Position numbers and translations under genes: made by a program. Source: an uncultured Gemmatimonadaceae bacterium (GTDB taxonomy: Bacteria > Gemmatimonadota > Gemmatimonadetes > Gemmatimonadales > Gemmatimonadaceae). From it: a stretch of DNA of 64,000 bases. The DNA lies in contig CAWFQK010000002.1 in NCBI GenBank assembly GCA_963817955.1, positions 1,056,001-1,120,000 on the forward strand. The letters are read 5' to 3'. Every line of letters begins with the position of its first letter. Within the stretch, counting starts at the first letter, position 1. Positions 28,867 to 38,966 of the stretch are shown piece by piece. A model generated the notes under the pieces. It was not told where the DNA came from, did no database searches, and saw only the letters and a program-made list of their open reading frames with translations.

Positions 28867-29880
28867 CTACCATTCTACCCGGTTCCCCAGCCTCCCCAGC
28901 ACCCGGCCCGCTTCCTCCAGCGCACCGCCGGTGGCGATACGCGCAGTCTCGAGCGTGCGACGAACTTCGTCGCCCATCCTCGCACCGTCGATGCGCGCGA
29001 CCATGGAAGGAATCATGAAGCTGTCGCCGCCCATGATCGTCATCGCGCTGTTGTGCCGCGGAAGGTCGCTCAAGCGCGCGGCTTTCACCTTCACATTGCG
29101 ATACTGGCCGTTGTAGTAGACGCGCAGTTCCACATCGTCACCAGGCCGCACTTTTCCGACTTCTCGTTCGAGACGGCTGACGGTTGACGGACGCATCATC
29201 AGTTCATCGTCGCCGCCGCGCCTGGCGCGGACGTCGACGCCATTGATCGATGCGATGCGGCTTCCCTCCTCAATGCCTGCCTTCGCCGCCGGACTTCCAT
29301 CCTCCACCGACATGACGAACACGCCAATCGTATCGCGCGCATTTCCGGTCGTGGCGATGTTCACGCCGAGCGTGGCACGGTCCTCGAGTTTCCGCGCCGC
29401 CGGCGCCGCGTACAGATCGTCCGGCGAAACGCTCTTGACCCTGACGTTCTTCGTTTGACCGTTCGCGTAAACCCGGAGATCGACATCGTCGCCGGGTTTG
29501 AGCTTGTTGAGCTCGCGCGAGAGACGGCGCGACATCACTCCCGCCATCTCTTCGTCGCCGATATCGGCAGCCGCGAGCTTGAGGCTGACGCCATTGACAG
29601 ATACGATGCGGTTGCCCTCCTCCAGACCGGCCTTTTCCGCCGGGCTGCCGCCACGCACGTTCGTGACGAGCACGCCAAGGGTGTCGCGGGCCACGGAGCC
29701 GCTATTCGTCGTTACTCCGATGACTGCGCGTGGCGCGTTGAACTGGGGCAGCCCAACCGGCCGAACCATTTGTGTTGCTGAGCCGGGTTGAATGCGTATC
29801 GTGCGGGGCTCCTGTGCGGAGAGCGCCGATGTCATCGCGGTCGTCGCCAGGACCGTTGGTAGCAGTGCAGGGAATCGCAT
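28867..29880 (-). CDS. Secreted tandem-PDZ protein
   Basis: Signal peptide; two PDZ repeats (GSPAEKAGLEEGNRIVSVNGV and GSPAAKAGIEEGSRIASINGV); no protease motif. Confidence 0.85.
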   Translation of the reverse strand: MRFPALLPTVLATTAMTSALSAQEPRTIRIQPGSATQMVRPVGLPQFNAPRAVIGVTTNSGSVARDTLGVLVTNVRGGSPAEKAGLEEGNRIVSVNGVSLKLAAADIGDEEMAGVMSRRLSRELNKLKPGDDVDLRVYANGQTKNVRVKSVSPDDLYAAPAARKLEDRATLGVNIATTGNARDTIGVFVMSVEDGSPAAKAGIEEGSRIASINGVDVRARRGGDDELMMRPSTVSRLEREVGKVRPGDDVELRVYYNGQYRNVKVKAARLSDLPRHNSAMTIMGGDSFMIPSMVARIDGARMGDEVRRTLETARIATGGALEEAGRVLGRLGNRVEW

Positions 29881-29987
29881 AACACCTCATGAAACGTTTG
29901 GGATGTGCTCATGAGTCACTGCGAACCGGTTGAAGGGTTTCCATCGGTCATCTACCCGCCCTTCTCTTCCCGTCCTAGCTTGCTGCC

Positions 29988-31115
29988 ATGGACAGTTCGC
30001 CCACCCCCGACCTCGACGCGTTCGAGCAACACTGGCAGGACGAGGCCGACGCCGCGTACCTGTATCGCCTGTTGTCCGCCGCCGAGCCGGATCCGAAGAA
30101 GAAGGACGTGTATCTGCGCCTCGCGCAGGTTGAGGATCGTCACGTAGAGGTGTGGGGCCACTTGCTGCGCGCGCACGAGCGCGAGCCGGGTCGCTTTCGT
30201 CCGAGCACGCGCACGCGCATGCTTGCTCGCCTCAGCAAACTGTTCGGCCCGGGGTTCCTGCTCCCCATGCTACTCGCCGAAGAAGGGCGCGAGGTCAAAG
30301 GGTACCTCGACATGCATCGCCGCACGAGCAAGAGCGCGCCGGGCGCCCGCGAGTCGTTAGCCCTGGCACGCGAATCGGCGGAGCATGCGCAAACGCTCAC
30401 GTCCATTTCCGGCAAGTCTGGAGAGCCCTGGCACCGGGCGGAATCCGGTGGGTTCCTGCGCAACGTCGTCTATGGCTTCAACGACGGGTTGACGGCGAAC
30501 TTCGGATTAGTGGCCGGCGTGATTGGCGCCGCATCGCAGACGGCCCACCACACGGTGATCGTCGCGGGCCTCTCCGGGGTCATCGCCGATGCGCTGTCGA
30601 TGGGATCGAGCGGGTTTCTCGCCGCAAAGAGCGAACTGGAGGTATACGCCAACGAGATCGCCATGGAGCGCGACGAGATCGCGCTCATGCCCGAGATCGA
30701 GCGCGACGAGCTCGCACTGATCTATGAGGCAAAGGGCATGTCGGCGGAGTCGGCGCACGCGCTGGCAACGGACGTGATGGCCGATCCACAGCGCATGCTC
30801 GATGAACAGGTGACGCAGGAGCTCGGCATTGGCGACCCCCATATGTCACCGCTGCGCGAAGCGTGGGTCACCGGTACCGCGACGGCGATCGGTGCGCTCA
30901 TCCCCGTCTTCCCTTTCCTCATCTGGTCGGGGACCACGGCGATTCTCGTGTCGTTCGGGATCGCGATGGCGTCGCACTGGATCGTTGGCGCGGCGCGCTC
31001 GGTGTTCACCGGTCGCAGCGTCTTTCGCTCGGGGCTCGACATGTTCGTGGTCGGACTCGGTGTGGCCGCCGCCGGCTATTTCGTCGGCGAATGGGTCGGG
31101 CGGCTGATCGCCTGA
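29988..31115 (+). CDS. Ferritin-like/rubrerythrin domain fused to a VIT1/CCC1 transporter (MbfA-like)
   Basis: N-terminal E..ExxH motifs (DEADAAYLY, EDRH, ESAEH); VIT1 motifs VYGFNDGL, ALSMG, GALIPVFPF. Confidence 0.9.
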   Translation: MDSSPTPDLDAFEQHWQDEADAAYLYRLLSAAEPDPKKKDVYLRLAQVEDRHVEVWGHLLRAHEREPGRFRPSTRTRMLARLSKLFGPGFLLPMLLAEEGREVKGYLDMHRRTSKSAPGARESLALARESAEHAQTLTSISGKSGEPWHRAESGGFLRNVVYGFNDGLTANFGLVAGVIGAASQTAHHTVIVAGLSGVIADALSMGSSGFLAAKSELEVYANEIAMERDEIALMPEIERDELALIYEAKGMSAESAHALATDVMADPQRMLDEQVTQELGIGDPHMSPLREAWVTGTATAIGALIPVFPFLIWSGTTAILVSFGIAMASHWIVGAARSVFTGRSVFRSGLDMFVVGLGVAAAGYFVGEWVGRLIA

Positions 31116-31128
31116 CGTGATGCAACGG

Positions 31129-31154
31129 AATGGCCTCGCGTTCGCGAGGCCATT
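31129..31154. terminator. Bidirectional terminator between convergent VIT1 and leuS genes
   Basis: aatggcctcgcg-tt-cgcgaggccatt, a perfect 12-bp inverted repeat. Confidence 0.8.
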
Positions 31155-31162
31155 TCAGTCGA

Positions 31163-33673
31163 TCACACCACGATGTTCAGCAACCGCCCCGGCACGAAGA
31201 TCACCTTCTTCGGCGGACCGATCACGAACTTGGCGATGGTCGGATCCGACATCGCCGCCTCGAGCGCCGCGGCCTGATCGCTGCCGAGTGGCACCTGAAT
31301 CGTGCCGCGCGTCTTCCCGCCCACCTGAACGGCGATCGTCAGCAGATCCTCCGCCGCCAACGATGCGTCGAAGGCCGGCCACCCGGCATCGAACACGCTC
31401 TCGGCGTGCCCATACCTTTCCCACAGTTCTTCGGCGATGTGCGGCGCGAAGGGAGAGATGAGCTGGACCAACGGCTCCACTTCGTCACGATGCGCCGTCC
31501 GCTCACCCCGCCGCACCACGTTGAGATACTCCATCATGGCGGCAACTGCCGTGTTGTAACTCAGCGCCGGGATATCGGAGGACACTTTCTTGATCGTCTG
31601 GTGCAGCTTGCGCAACACTAGCGTTTCCGGCGTGCCCTCGCTGGTGGCATCCGAGACTGACGACCAGAGCCGATCGAGAAAACGGCGAACGCCCGCTATG
31701 CTCTGATCGCGGAAGTCACCTCCCTCCTCATACGGACCGAGGAACATGAGGTACGTCCGGAACGTGTCCGCTCCCCAGCGCTCGACGTACTCGTCGGGAT
31801 TCACCACGTTGCCGCGACTCTTCGACATTTTCGCGCCGTCGCGAATGATCATGCCATGAGCACGGAACTTCGCGAACGGCTCCTCAAAGTCGAGATGTCC
31901 CGCATCGCGCAGTACCATGGTCACGAACCGCGAATACAGCAGGTGCAGCACCGCGTGCTCGTTCCCGCCGATGTACGACGTGACAGGCAGCCATTTCCTC
32001 GTGAGCGCGGGATCGAACGGCACGTCCGCGAAGTCCGTGCTCGGGTACCGAAGGAAGTACCACGCGCTGTCGAGGAACGTGTCCGACACGTCAGTCTCGC
32101 GTCGCGCCGCCCCGCCGCACGACGGGCAGGTCACTCGATACCAGGATTCGACCCGCGCCAACGGCGAGATGCCGGTGTCGTCCGGCTTGAAATCTTCGAC
32201 GAACGGCAGCTCGACGGGCAGGTCGCGCTCCGGCACCGGCACCGTACCACACGTGTCGCAGTAGATGATCGGGATGGGCGGACCCCAGTAGCGCTGTCGA
32301 GAAATACACCAATCGTGCAGACGGTAGTTCACGACACCCCGTGCGTGGCCGCGCCGCTCGAGCCACTCAACGATACGCGCCTTTGCCTCGCCGACGTTCA
32401 ATCCACTGAACTCGCCCGAGTTCACGATGTGGACATTGTCCGTTTCGGTATATGCTTGCTCGGCGGGCGGCTGCGTGTCGTTCGTGACATCGTCCGCGAC
32501 GACACGAACGATCGGCAGATCGAATGCCCGGGCAAATTCGAAGTCGCGTTCGTCGTGTCCCGGCACGGCCATGATCGCGCCGGTGCCGTACTCCATCAAC
32601 ACATAATCCGCGATCCAGATCGGGATCGGCTGCTGCGTGGCGGGATTGATCGCGAACGAACCGGTGAACACACCCGTCTTGTCCTTGTTCACCTTGCGCG
32701 AGACGATGTCCTGTTTCGCCGCGCGATTCTTGTACTCCTGCACATCGGCGCGCTGCTCGTCCGCCGTCAAGGCGTCGACGAGCGGGTGCTCTGGCGCGAG
32801 CACCAGATACGTCGCCCCGAAGATCGTGTCGGGACGCGTGGTGAACACACGGATGTCGATCGGCTGCGCGGTGAACTCACCGCTCATGCCGCTGGCAATC
32901 GTCGCGCTGCCAGTGAGCTCCTCCAGGTCCTGCACACGGAAGCCGATCTCGGCGCCGTCCGAGCGTCCGATCCAGTTGCGTTGCGCTTGCTTCGTGGAGT
33001 CCGACCAATCCAGCCAGTCGAGATTGGAAAGCAGACGTCCCGCATAGTCGGTAATGCGGAAGAACCACTGCTCTAGGAAACGCTGTTCGACCTTGGCGCC
33101 ACAGCGTTCGCATTCGCCGGCAATGACTTGCTCGTTGGCGAGAACCGTCTTGTCGTTCGGGCACCAATTCACGGCTGCCCGCTTCTTATAAGCGAGGCCG
33201 CGCTTGAATAATTCCAGGAAGACCCATTGCGTCCACTTGTAGTAGTCGGCGTCCGTGGTGGACAGCTCGTGCCGCCAATCGATCATCAACCCAGCACGCG
33301 TGAGCTGACGCCGGAAGTTGTCGATGTTCTTGGGGATGAGCACCGAGGGATGCGTCCCTACCTTCAGCGCAAAGTTTTCGGAATGGATACCGAACGCGTC
33401 GAACCCCAGGGGTTCGAATACTGTGTGCCCTTGAAGCCGCTGGAATCGTCCATAGATGTCGTTGCCCGTGAAGGCGAAGAGATTGCCCACATGGAGCCCC
33501 TCGGCCGACGGGTACGGAAACATCATGAGCGCGTAGAACGGACGCACGCCGGCAGCGAGGTCGGTGTGGTTCGTACCGCGCGTTTCCCAACGCTCCTGCC
33601 ATTTCCGCTCGATGGCGGCGGGATCGTAGCCGGCCGACTCTTCAGCCGGCGTCTGATGGATCGATTCTGTCAT
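31163..33673 (-). CDS. leuS: Leucine--tRNA ligase
   Basis: MFPYPSAEGLHVGN (HIGH-type), FTTRPDT editing motif, DWCISRQRYWG, KMSKS. Start trimmed to ATG 33673. Confidence 0.97.
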   Translation of the reverse strand: MTESIHQTPAEESAGYDPAAIERKWQERWETRGTNHTDLAAGVRPFYALMMFPYPSAEGLHVGNLFAFTGNDIYGRFQRLQGHTVFEPLGFDAFGIHSENFALKVGTHPSVLIPKNIDNFRRQLTRAGLMIDWRHELSTTDADYYKWTQWVFLELFKRGLAYKKRAAVNWCPNDKTVLANEQVIAGECERCGAKVEQRFLEQWFFRITDYAGRLLSNLDWLDWSDSTKQAQRNWIGRSDGAEIGFRVQDLEELTGSATIASGMSGEFTAQPIDIRVFTTRPDTIFGATYLVLAPEHPLVDALTADEQRADVQEYKNRAAKQDIVSRKVNKDKTGVFTGSFAINPATQQPIPIWIADYVLMEYGTGAIMAVPGHDERDFEFARAFDLPIVRVVADDVTNDTQPPAEQAYTETDNVHIVNSGEFSGLNVGEAKARIVEWLERRGHARGVVNYRLHDWCISRQRYWGPPIPIIYCDTCGTVPVPERDLPVELPFVEDFKPDDTGISPLARVESWYRVTCPSCGGAARRETDVSDTFLDSAWYFLRYPSTDFADVPFDPALTRKWLPVTSYIGGNEHAVLHLLYSRFVTMVLRDAGHLDFEEPFAKFRAHGMIIRDGAKMSKSRGNVVNPDEYVERWGADTFRTYLMFLGPYEEGGDFRDQSIAGVRRFLDRLWSSVSDATSEGTPETLVLRKLHQTIKKVSSDIPALSYNTAVAAMMEYLNVVRRGERTAHRDEVEPLVQLISPFAPHIAEELWERYGHAESVFDAGWPAFDASLAAEDLLTIAVQVGGKTRGTIQVPLGSDQAAALEAAMSDPTIAKFVIGPPKKVIFVPGRLLNIVV

Positions 33674-33697
33674 ATTGACAGCGAAATTTAGCGGCTG

Positions 33698-35926
33698 ATG
33701 AACCTCCGTCCCAGTACAAGCATTCTCTCGATCACCGATGGCGCTGTTGGCGAGCGGTCGGCACAGTCGCTCCGCCGGCGTATGAGCATCAGCGCCGGCA
33801 TGATCGCGCTGGTCGTCCTGGCCGCCGTCGGCTACGCAGGACAGCTGTTCCTCAAGCGTTCCATGGCTGGTGAGGAGGATGCACGCATCGCGAATGCGGC
33901 CTCGCTCTCCAAGCAGTTGGTCGACCGGGTCCTCGAGGAACGGATGCGGCAGGTTGAGCTCATTGCCTCGGCGCCCACCGTCATTGGAGCCGCCAAGAAG
34001 GGCGGCGAGCTCTCGCGCCAGCGCAACCTGCCCAAGCTGACCATCGATCAGCTCGAGGCAATGTTCAAGGCGACGCGCTCGCAACAGGTGGACCAGGCGG
34101 CCCGCCGGTATCTCACCGACTTGCTCCCGAAACTCGATATCGCCGAAGTCATGGTGACCGACGCGTACGGGTACAACGCCGAGACCACCTCGCCCTCGTC
34201 CGACTTCGTACAAAGTGACGAAGGGTGGTGGCAGACAACCTGGGCAAAAGGTGCGACCACCGCGCAGGCAGCTGCAGACCCGGCCACACAAAAGACTGTC
34301 GTCGAGCTCGCCGGAATTGTCCGTGACGGGCCCACAAGAGTTGGCGTGGTCAAGGTGAAGTTCGGTTTGTCGGCGGTAGATTCGGTGCTCTCCCAGGGGA
34401 GTGCCGGGGGCACGATGCTACGGGTTGATCTCGTAGACTCGACGGGCAAGATCATCGCCAGCTCAATCCCCGCGACGCGATTCAAATCGTTCGGAGGATG
34501 GGGATCAGTTGGCTCGCACGAGACAGCCCAGGTCTTCGATTTCACCGGCGATTCCAGCCTGCAACGGGGCGCGGTGGCGCGTTCGAATGGCGGACAGTGG
34601 CGAATCGTCGCCCACATGAGCGAAGCGGATGCGACGCAGTCGTATGACGTCGCGCGTTGGGCACTCGCGGCAGGACTAATAGTCATGCTGGGGATGGCCG
34701 TCGTCGCCCTGATAGTCGTCGGCCGGTTCGTGGAGCGGCGCATCACCGGACCTGCCCTGGAACTGGCGACAATCGCCGAGGCGGTGGCCGGCGGCGACCT
34801 ATCGAAGCAAGTCACCAACATCGAGTCGCACGACGAGATCGGCCGCCTGGCCCGAGCGATTTCCGCAATGATCGCCGAGCTGCGCCGCTTGGCGATGGCG
34901 CTCAACGAGTCTGCAACGGAAACGGCGAGCATGACGGCAGAGATCACCGCCAGCTCAGAAGAAATGGCGGCATCGGCTGGGCAGATCGCTTCCACCGCGT
35001 CGGATCTGAGCCAACAATCCAATGCTATGGCCGGGACAATTCAGGCATTGGTCGGCTCGTCGGAACACCTTGTCGGAGTGGCTGCGGGTTTGGACAAGGG
35101 CGCCCAAGAAGGGGTGGAGCGAAACACGCGCCTGCGGTCCCTGGCGCTCGACAACCGAGCGCGACTCGACGACAGCTCGCGATCGCTGACCATGCTGTCG
35201 GATGACGTCGCGGCCAGCGCGTCGGCGATCGACCAACTCGCAGTGGCGTCGGAAGAGGTGCGGACCTTCGTGTCGCTCGTGCAGAAATTGGCGCGGCAGT
35301 CCAAACTCCTGGCCCTCAATGCGGCGATGGAAGCGGCACGCGCCGGCGAGCACGGGCATGGTTTCGCAGTTGTCGCCGAGGAGGTACGCCGACTCGCGGC
35401 AATGTCATCTGATGCCGCGGAGCGTACGGAACGGGTCGTGAGCGGCGTGCTGAACGGCATTGCCCAGTCGCGCAGTTCGAGCGAGCGCACTGTGGAGACG
35501 GTGCGCGCAGTACGCGGCGCCACGGAAGAGGGTTCTCGTTCCTTTGGACAGATCGAAACCGCAGTCGCCGAAGCGGACGCTTGGACATCCTCGATTCAGG
35601 GCGCGGTTACAGCGGCCAACGAGCTCGCGCGAGAGATGAGCGTACGGCTGGATTCGCTCTCCAGCGGCACCGAGGCGTTCGCTGCAGCAATGGAGGAAGT
35701 GGCTGCTTCGAGCGAGGAGCAAAGCGCGAGCACGGAGGAGATCGCTGCAGCCGCAGCAACACTGGCCGGCGCGGCGGACCGCCTCATGAGAATCGTCTCG
35801 AATCTCCGGCTCGATCAGGCGTCGCGACCGTCCGGTGAGCATGTGCGCGTGGGCGTCCCCGTTCGTGTGCCCCCCGATGTCACCATTGGTCGCCCGACTC
35901 CGGTACGCGGAACGGCGAAAGTCTAG
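33698..35926 (+). CDS. Methyl-accepting chemotaxis protein (Cache-like sensor, HAMP, MA domain)
   Basis: Two TM helices; HAMP (DEIGRLA); LLALNAAMEAARAGEHGHGFAVVAEEVRRLA. The start may be ATG 33782. Confidence 0.92.
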   Translation: MNLRPSTSILSITDGAVGERSAQSLRRRMSISAGMIALVVLAAVGYAGQLFLKRSMAGEEDARIANAASLSKQLVDRVLEERMRQVELIASAPTVIGAAKKGGELSRQRNLPKLTIDQLEAMFKATRSQQVDQAARRYLTDLLPKLDIAEVMVTDAYGYNAETTSPSSDFVQSDEGWWQTTWAKGATTAQAAADPATQKTVVELAGIVRDGPTRVGVVKVKFGLSAVDSVLSQGSAGGTMLRVDLVDSTGKIIASSIPATRFKSFGGWGSVGSHETAQVFDFTGDSSLQRGAVARSNGGQWRIVAHMSEADATQSYDVARWALAAGLIVMLGMAVVALIVVGRFVERRITGPALELATIAEAVAGGDLSKQVTNIESHDEIGRLARAISAMIAELRRLAMALNESATETASMTAEITASSEEMAASAGQIASTASDLSQQSNAMAGTIQALVGSSEHLVGVAAGLDKGAQEGVERNTRLRSLALDNRARLDDSSRSLTMLSDDVAASASAIDQLAVASEEVRTFVSLVQKLARQSKLLALNAAMEAARAGEHGHGFAVVAEEVRRLAAMSSDAAERTERVVSGVLNGIAQSRSSSERTVETVRAVRGATEEGSRSFGQIETAVAEADAWTSSIQGAVTAANELAREMSVRLDSLSSGTEAFAAAMEEVAASSEEQSASTEEIAAAAATLAGAADRLMRIVSNLRLDQASRPSGEHVRVGVPVRVPPDVTIGRPTPVRGTAKV

Positions 35927-37860
35927 CGCGTGGCGGGCGAAAGCGGACGGATCCACCCATTGAACCGAATGGGGATCCATCGGCTGTCGGGCGAACCGTG
36001 CTCCGGGCCGATCGACGCAATCGCAACCGTCGCGCCCGCCGCCGCGAATTCGGCGAGCAGCGAGTCCTGCGCCGCTGAAGGCAAACTCCAAAAAGCGGCG
36101 GCGCGGGGCTTGGGGACGTTCGCGGCGATGTGCAACCTGGCAGTACGCACCCAATAAGATTCCGCGTGCGGCCCAACGAGCGCGATGCGTGTGCCGGGGG
36201 TGATACCGTGCGCCGCGAGTTCGCGCGCGATGTTCCACTGCACGTTCCCCCATCGTCCGGACGCGCCACGATCGCGCGCATCCAGGTCTTGATTGAATCG
36301 GAGCTGCAAGCGCAGAAGCAGCGTAATGAGAAGCAGCAGTCCCATTGCCCCCAGTGTACGCTGCGCAAAGTCCACGGTTCTCCGATTGCGCACCGCCGCC
36401 CGTGACGCGAACCACAAGCCGATGGCGAGGGACACGGCGCCCAGGCGCAGGAGCGTTGGCGCGAACGGTGGGAAAATCACGCGGGTGACGACGAGCGCCG
36501 CCACGACGAGTATGCCCCACGCGACGCGTGACCGCACGCGAAGCACGGCACCGGCAAGCATGCCGCCGAGCACGGACGTGATCAGTGCAAGTCCGAGGAT
36601 GGTCTGGGGACTCAATGCCTCGAGCGCGATTGGAACGGCCACGCCGAACAGGGCCAGCAGCGGCAGCATGCGTCGGGGACGAGGGAGTGTCGCAAGCAAC
36701 ACCAACGTTCCGGATAGCGCAAAGGGCATGACGTACCGCGCAGTGACTATCACCATCGCGTAGGCGAGCATGCCTGCGAGCGCCGGCACGTAGACGATCC
36801 AGCCGCCCCACCACGCGACCCTGCGCGTCCCCCGCGGCGCGCACGCAATGAGCAGAAACAGAAAGAGCAGCGGCGTCAGATTCTGCACGTAGAACCGCTG
36901 AAAGACTCCCAGCGTGCCCAGTTGCTGACTCAGGCTGAAACGTGGGTGCAGCACTGCGTTCCACCGCGCGGGATCGTACCACATCGGATCGCTGCCCGGC
37001 GCAGCCCCGGTGACGCCGACACCTGGCAGTATCATCTCCGTACGCGCCGTGCGCGTGCCAGGCGGAACACCGCCGCGCGACGGCGCATCTTCCATGTTCA
37101 CGTACCACACGTACGTCAAGCGACCCGTGTCGCCGAAGGTGGGATGTCCGGCCACCCGCGACAGCGCCACGGTCCAGGGCAGCACGATCGCGAGCCACAC
37201 CCCGGCGCTCACGGCCACCGTCTTCCACCGCCGTTGGCGCATGGCGCTAGCGAGCGTCCCGAGACAAACGAGCGCCCACGGCACCATGAACGATTTGGCT
37301 AGCGCGCCGACACCAAGTGCGACACCGAGCACGGCGGCATTGCGCCAAATGTGTTCCTCCGAGCCCCGCAATCGTAACAGTGCGCCGAACGCGACGAAAA
37401 CGGCCGCACCACTCAACAGGTCGGGCGTCGTGAGCTCTAGCGGAATCATCGTGAGCGCGAAGCAGCCGAACAGCACGAACGCGCCGGCGAGGCCCCAGGA
37501 GCCGCCGAGCACCGATCCTCTGGTAGATGACGCGATGGCGCGCACCGCGCCGAGCATGTAGTCGAACGCCGCCAGCATCGCGACGAAGCAGGCGAAGTTG
37601 ACGGCGTGCACCACGCCGATCTCCGTCGCGGGGCCGGCGCCGCTTATGGCACGCGCAATTCCGATCAGCGCTGGGTAGAGGGGACTCCAGTAGACGTTGA
37701 GCAGCTCTGACCAGCGGCCGTTGACCACGGCGTCGCTCAGGTCCAGATACGACATGCCGTCCGGACTGATCGTGAATCGCTGCGCGTATGCTTGAAAGCC
37801 CGCGAGCGCCAGAAGGATCACCCAGGCTCCGACGCGAATTCGTGATTCTCGCCGCGTCAC
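35923..37860 (-). CDS. Polytopic membrane protein, GT-C/ArnT-like glycosyltransferase candidate
   Basis: First loop 'SPDGMSYLD...YWSPLYP', 'TPDLL', 'LAKS'; many TM segments. GTG 37860 overlaps the upstream stop (GTGA). Confidence 0.6.
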   Translation of the reverse strand: MTRRESRIRVGAWVILLALAGFQAYAQRFTISPDGMSYLDLSDAVVNGRWSELLNVYWSPLYPALIGIARAISGAGPATEIGVVHAVNFACFVAMLAAFDYMLGAVRAIASSTRGSVLGGSWGLAGAFVLFGCFALTMIPLELTTPDLLSGAAVFVAFGALLRLRGSEEHIWRNAAVLGVALGVGALAKSFMVPWALVCLGTLASAMRQRRWKTVAVSAGVWLAIVLPWTVALSRVAGHPTFGDTGRLTYVWYVNMEDAPSRGGVPPGTRTARTEMILPGVGVTGAAPGSDPMWYDPARWNAVLHPRFSLSQQLGTLGVFQRFYVQNLTPLLFLFLLIACAPRGTRRVAWWGGWIVYVPALAGMLAYAMVIVTARYVMPFALSGTLVLLATLPRPRRMLPLLALFGVAVPIALEALSPQTILGLALITSVLGGMLAGAVLRVRSRVAWGILVVAALVVTRVIFPPFAPTLLRLGAVSLAIGLWFASRAAVRNRRTVDFAQRTLGAMGLLLLITLLLRLQLRFNQDLDARDRGASGRWGNVQWNIARELAAHGITPGTRIALVGPHAESYWVRTARLHIAANVPKPRAAAFWSLPSAAQDSLLAEFAAAGATVAIASIGPEHGSPDSRWIPIRFNGWIRPLSPATR

Positions 37861-38951
37861 TTCATTCCGGCCACGCCACGCGCGGGCGTCGGCATTACAC
37901 CATTGGCAACACCGCAGGTGGTGCGCAGGACATTCACGCCAGCCGGGTCGCCCATCACGATCAGCACGAGCCCCGGAACGATGCGATGCGAATCCGGCGG
38001 GTTGTACCGGTAGTCGCCGGTGAGCGGATCCTTGATCGCCAACAGCAGGCAATTCGCCCGATCATGCGTGTTGAGCTGCAGGAGGGTCATACCAACTACG
38101 GGCGAATTGTCAGGCACCACGACTTCTTCAATGCGCAGGTTGCGATCGGTATCGCGCAGCATCATATCGAGAAAGCTGACGACGCTCGGCCGAATCAACT
38201 CACTTGCCATGCGCATGCCGCCGATCAACGCGGGCGACACGACGCCGTCCGCGCCCGCTTGCCGCAGGCGCACCATGGACCGCTCGTTCGCGGCGCGGGC
38301 AATGATGCGTATCGCGGGATTGAGCTGGCGCGCCGTCACGGTGGTGACCAGCGAGTCCTTGTCGATTGTCGTGCAGATGACGATGCCTTCGGCCCGGTTC
38401 ACGCCGGCCTGAAGCAATACCTGATCGTCGGTGAAATCCGCCTGCAGCACCGGCACGTCGGGAAAGTCGTGTTCGACGCGACTGACGCGCGCCGGTTCGA
38501 CCTCGAGCGCCACGACGGCCCGTTGCGTCTTCACCAACTCGGCGATCACGGCGTAGCCGGTGGCGCCGGCACCGCACACGATGTAATGGCCGCTCATCTC
38601 CTTGACCGCGCGCCGCATGCGGTGTCTCCTGAACCCCTGCGTGAGATCGCCCTCGATGACGAAGGCAGTGATGATCGAGATCGCGTAGACTACACTGCCG
38701 GCGCCGATGAACAGCATCACGACAGTGAACAGCATGGCGGTCGGATTGTCGGCGATGTCGATCGCCTCTCTGAAGCCGGTCGTCGTGAGAACGTTCGCGG
38801 TCATGTAGACCGCTTGCATCCACGTATGCTGCGGACCGCCAAGCCACTTGTACCCGAACACCCCGATCGCGAACAGACTGCCGATGAGCAGCCCGGCGAA
38901 CCGAAGCCGTTTGCCCAACGGCGAAAGTTCCGGCGGTGTACGGTCTGCCAT
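37857..38951 (-). CDS. 2-TM potassium-channel-like protein with RCK (TrkA-N/TrkA-C) domains
   Basis: TM-pore-TM followed by HYIVCGAGATG Rossmann motif, AGADGVVSP, and TrkA-C (YNPP). Confidence 0.9.
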   Translation of the reverse strand: MADRTPPELSPLGKRLRFAGLLIGSLFAIGVFGYKWLGGPQHTWMQAVYMTANVLTTTGFREAIDIADNPTAMLFTVVMLFIGAGSVVYAISIITAFVIEGDLTQGFRRHRMRRAVKEMSGHYIVCGAGATGYAVIAELVKTQRAVVALEVEPARVSRVEHDFPDVPVLQADFTDDQVLLQAGVNRAEGIVICTTIDKDSLVTTVTARQLNPAIRIIARAANERSMVRLRQAGADGVVSPALIGGMRMASELIRPSVVSFLDMMLRDTDRNLRIEEVVVPDNSPVVGMTLLQLNTHDRANCLLLAIKDPLTGDYRYNPPDSHRIVPGLVLIVMGDPAGVNVLRTTCGVANGVMPTPARGVAGMK

Positions 38952-38966
38952 GGGCCGGAAAGACCG

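Noticed and set aside
33675..33680. TTGACA as the -35 box for the MCP gene
   Set aside because: No credible -10 box at 16-18 bp spacing.
33674..34291. 206-aa N-terminal extension of LeuS
   Set aside because: It is antisense to the MCP gene. LeuS-like sequence begins near ATG 33673.
37861..38052. Extended start of the GT-C-like ORF (similar extensions for the M1 peptidase, dehydratase, permease and anti-sigma)
   Set aside because: The extensions overlap neighbouring real genes in other frames. Coupled downstream starts fit better.
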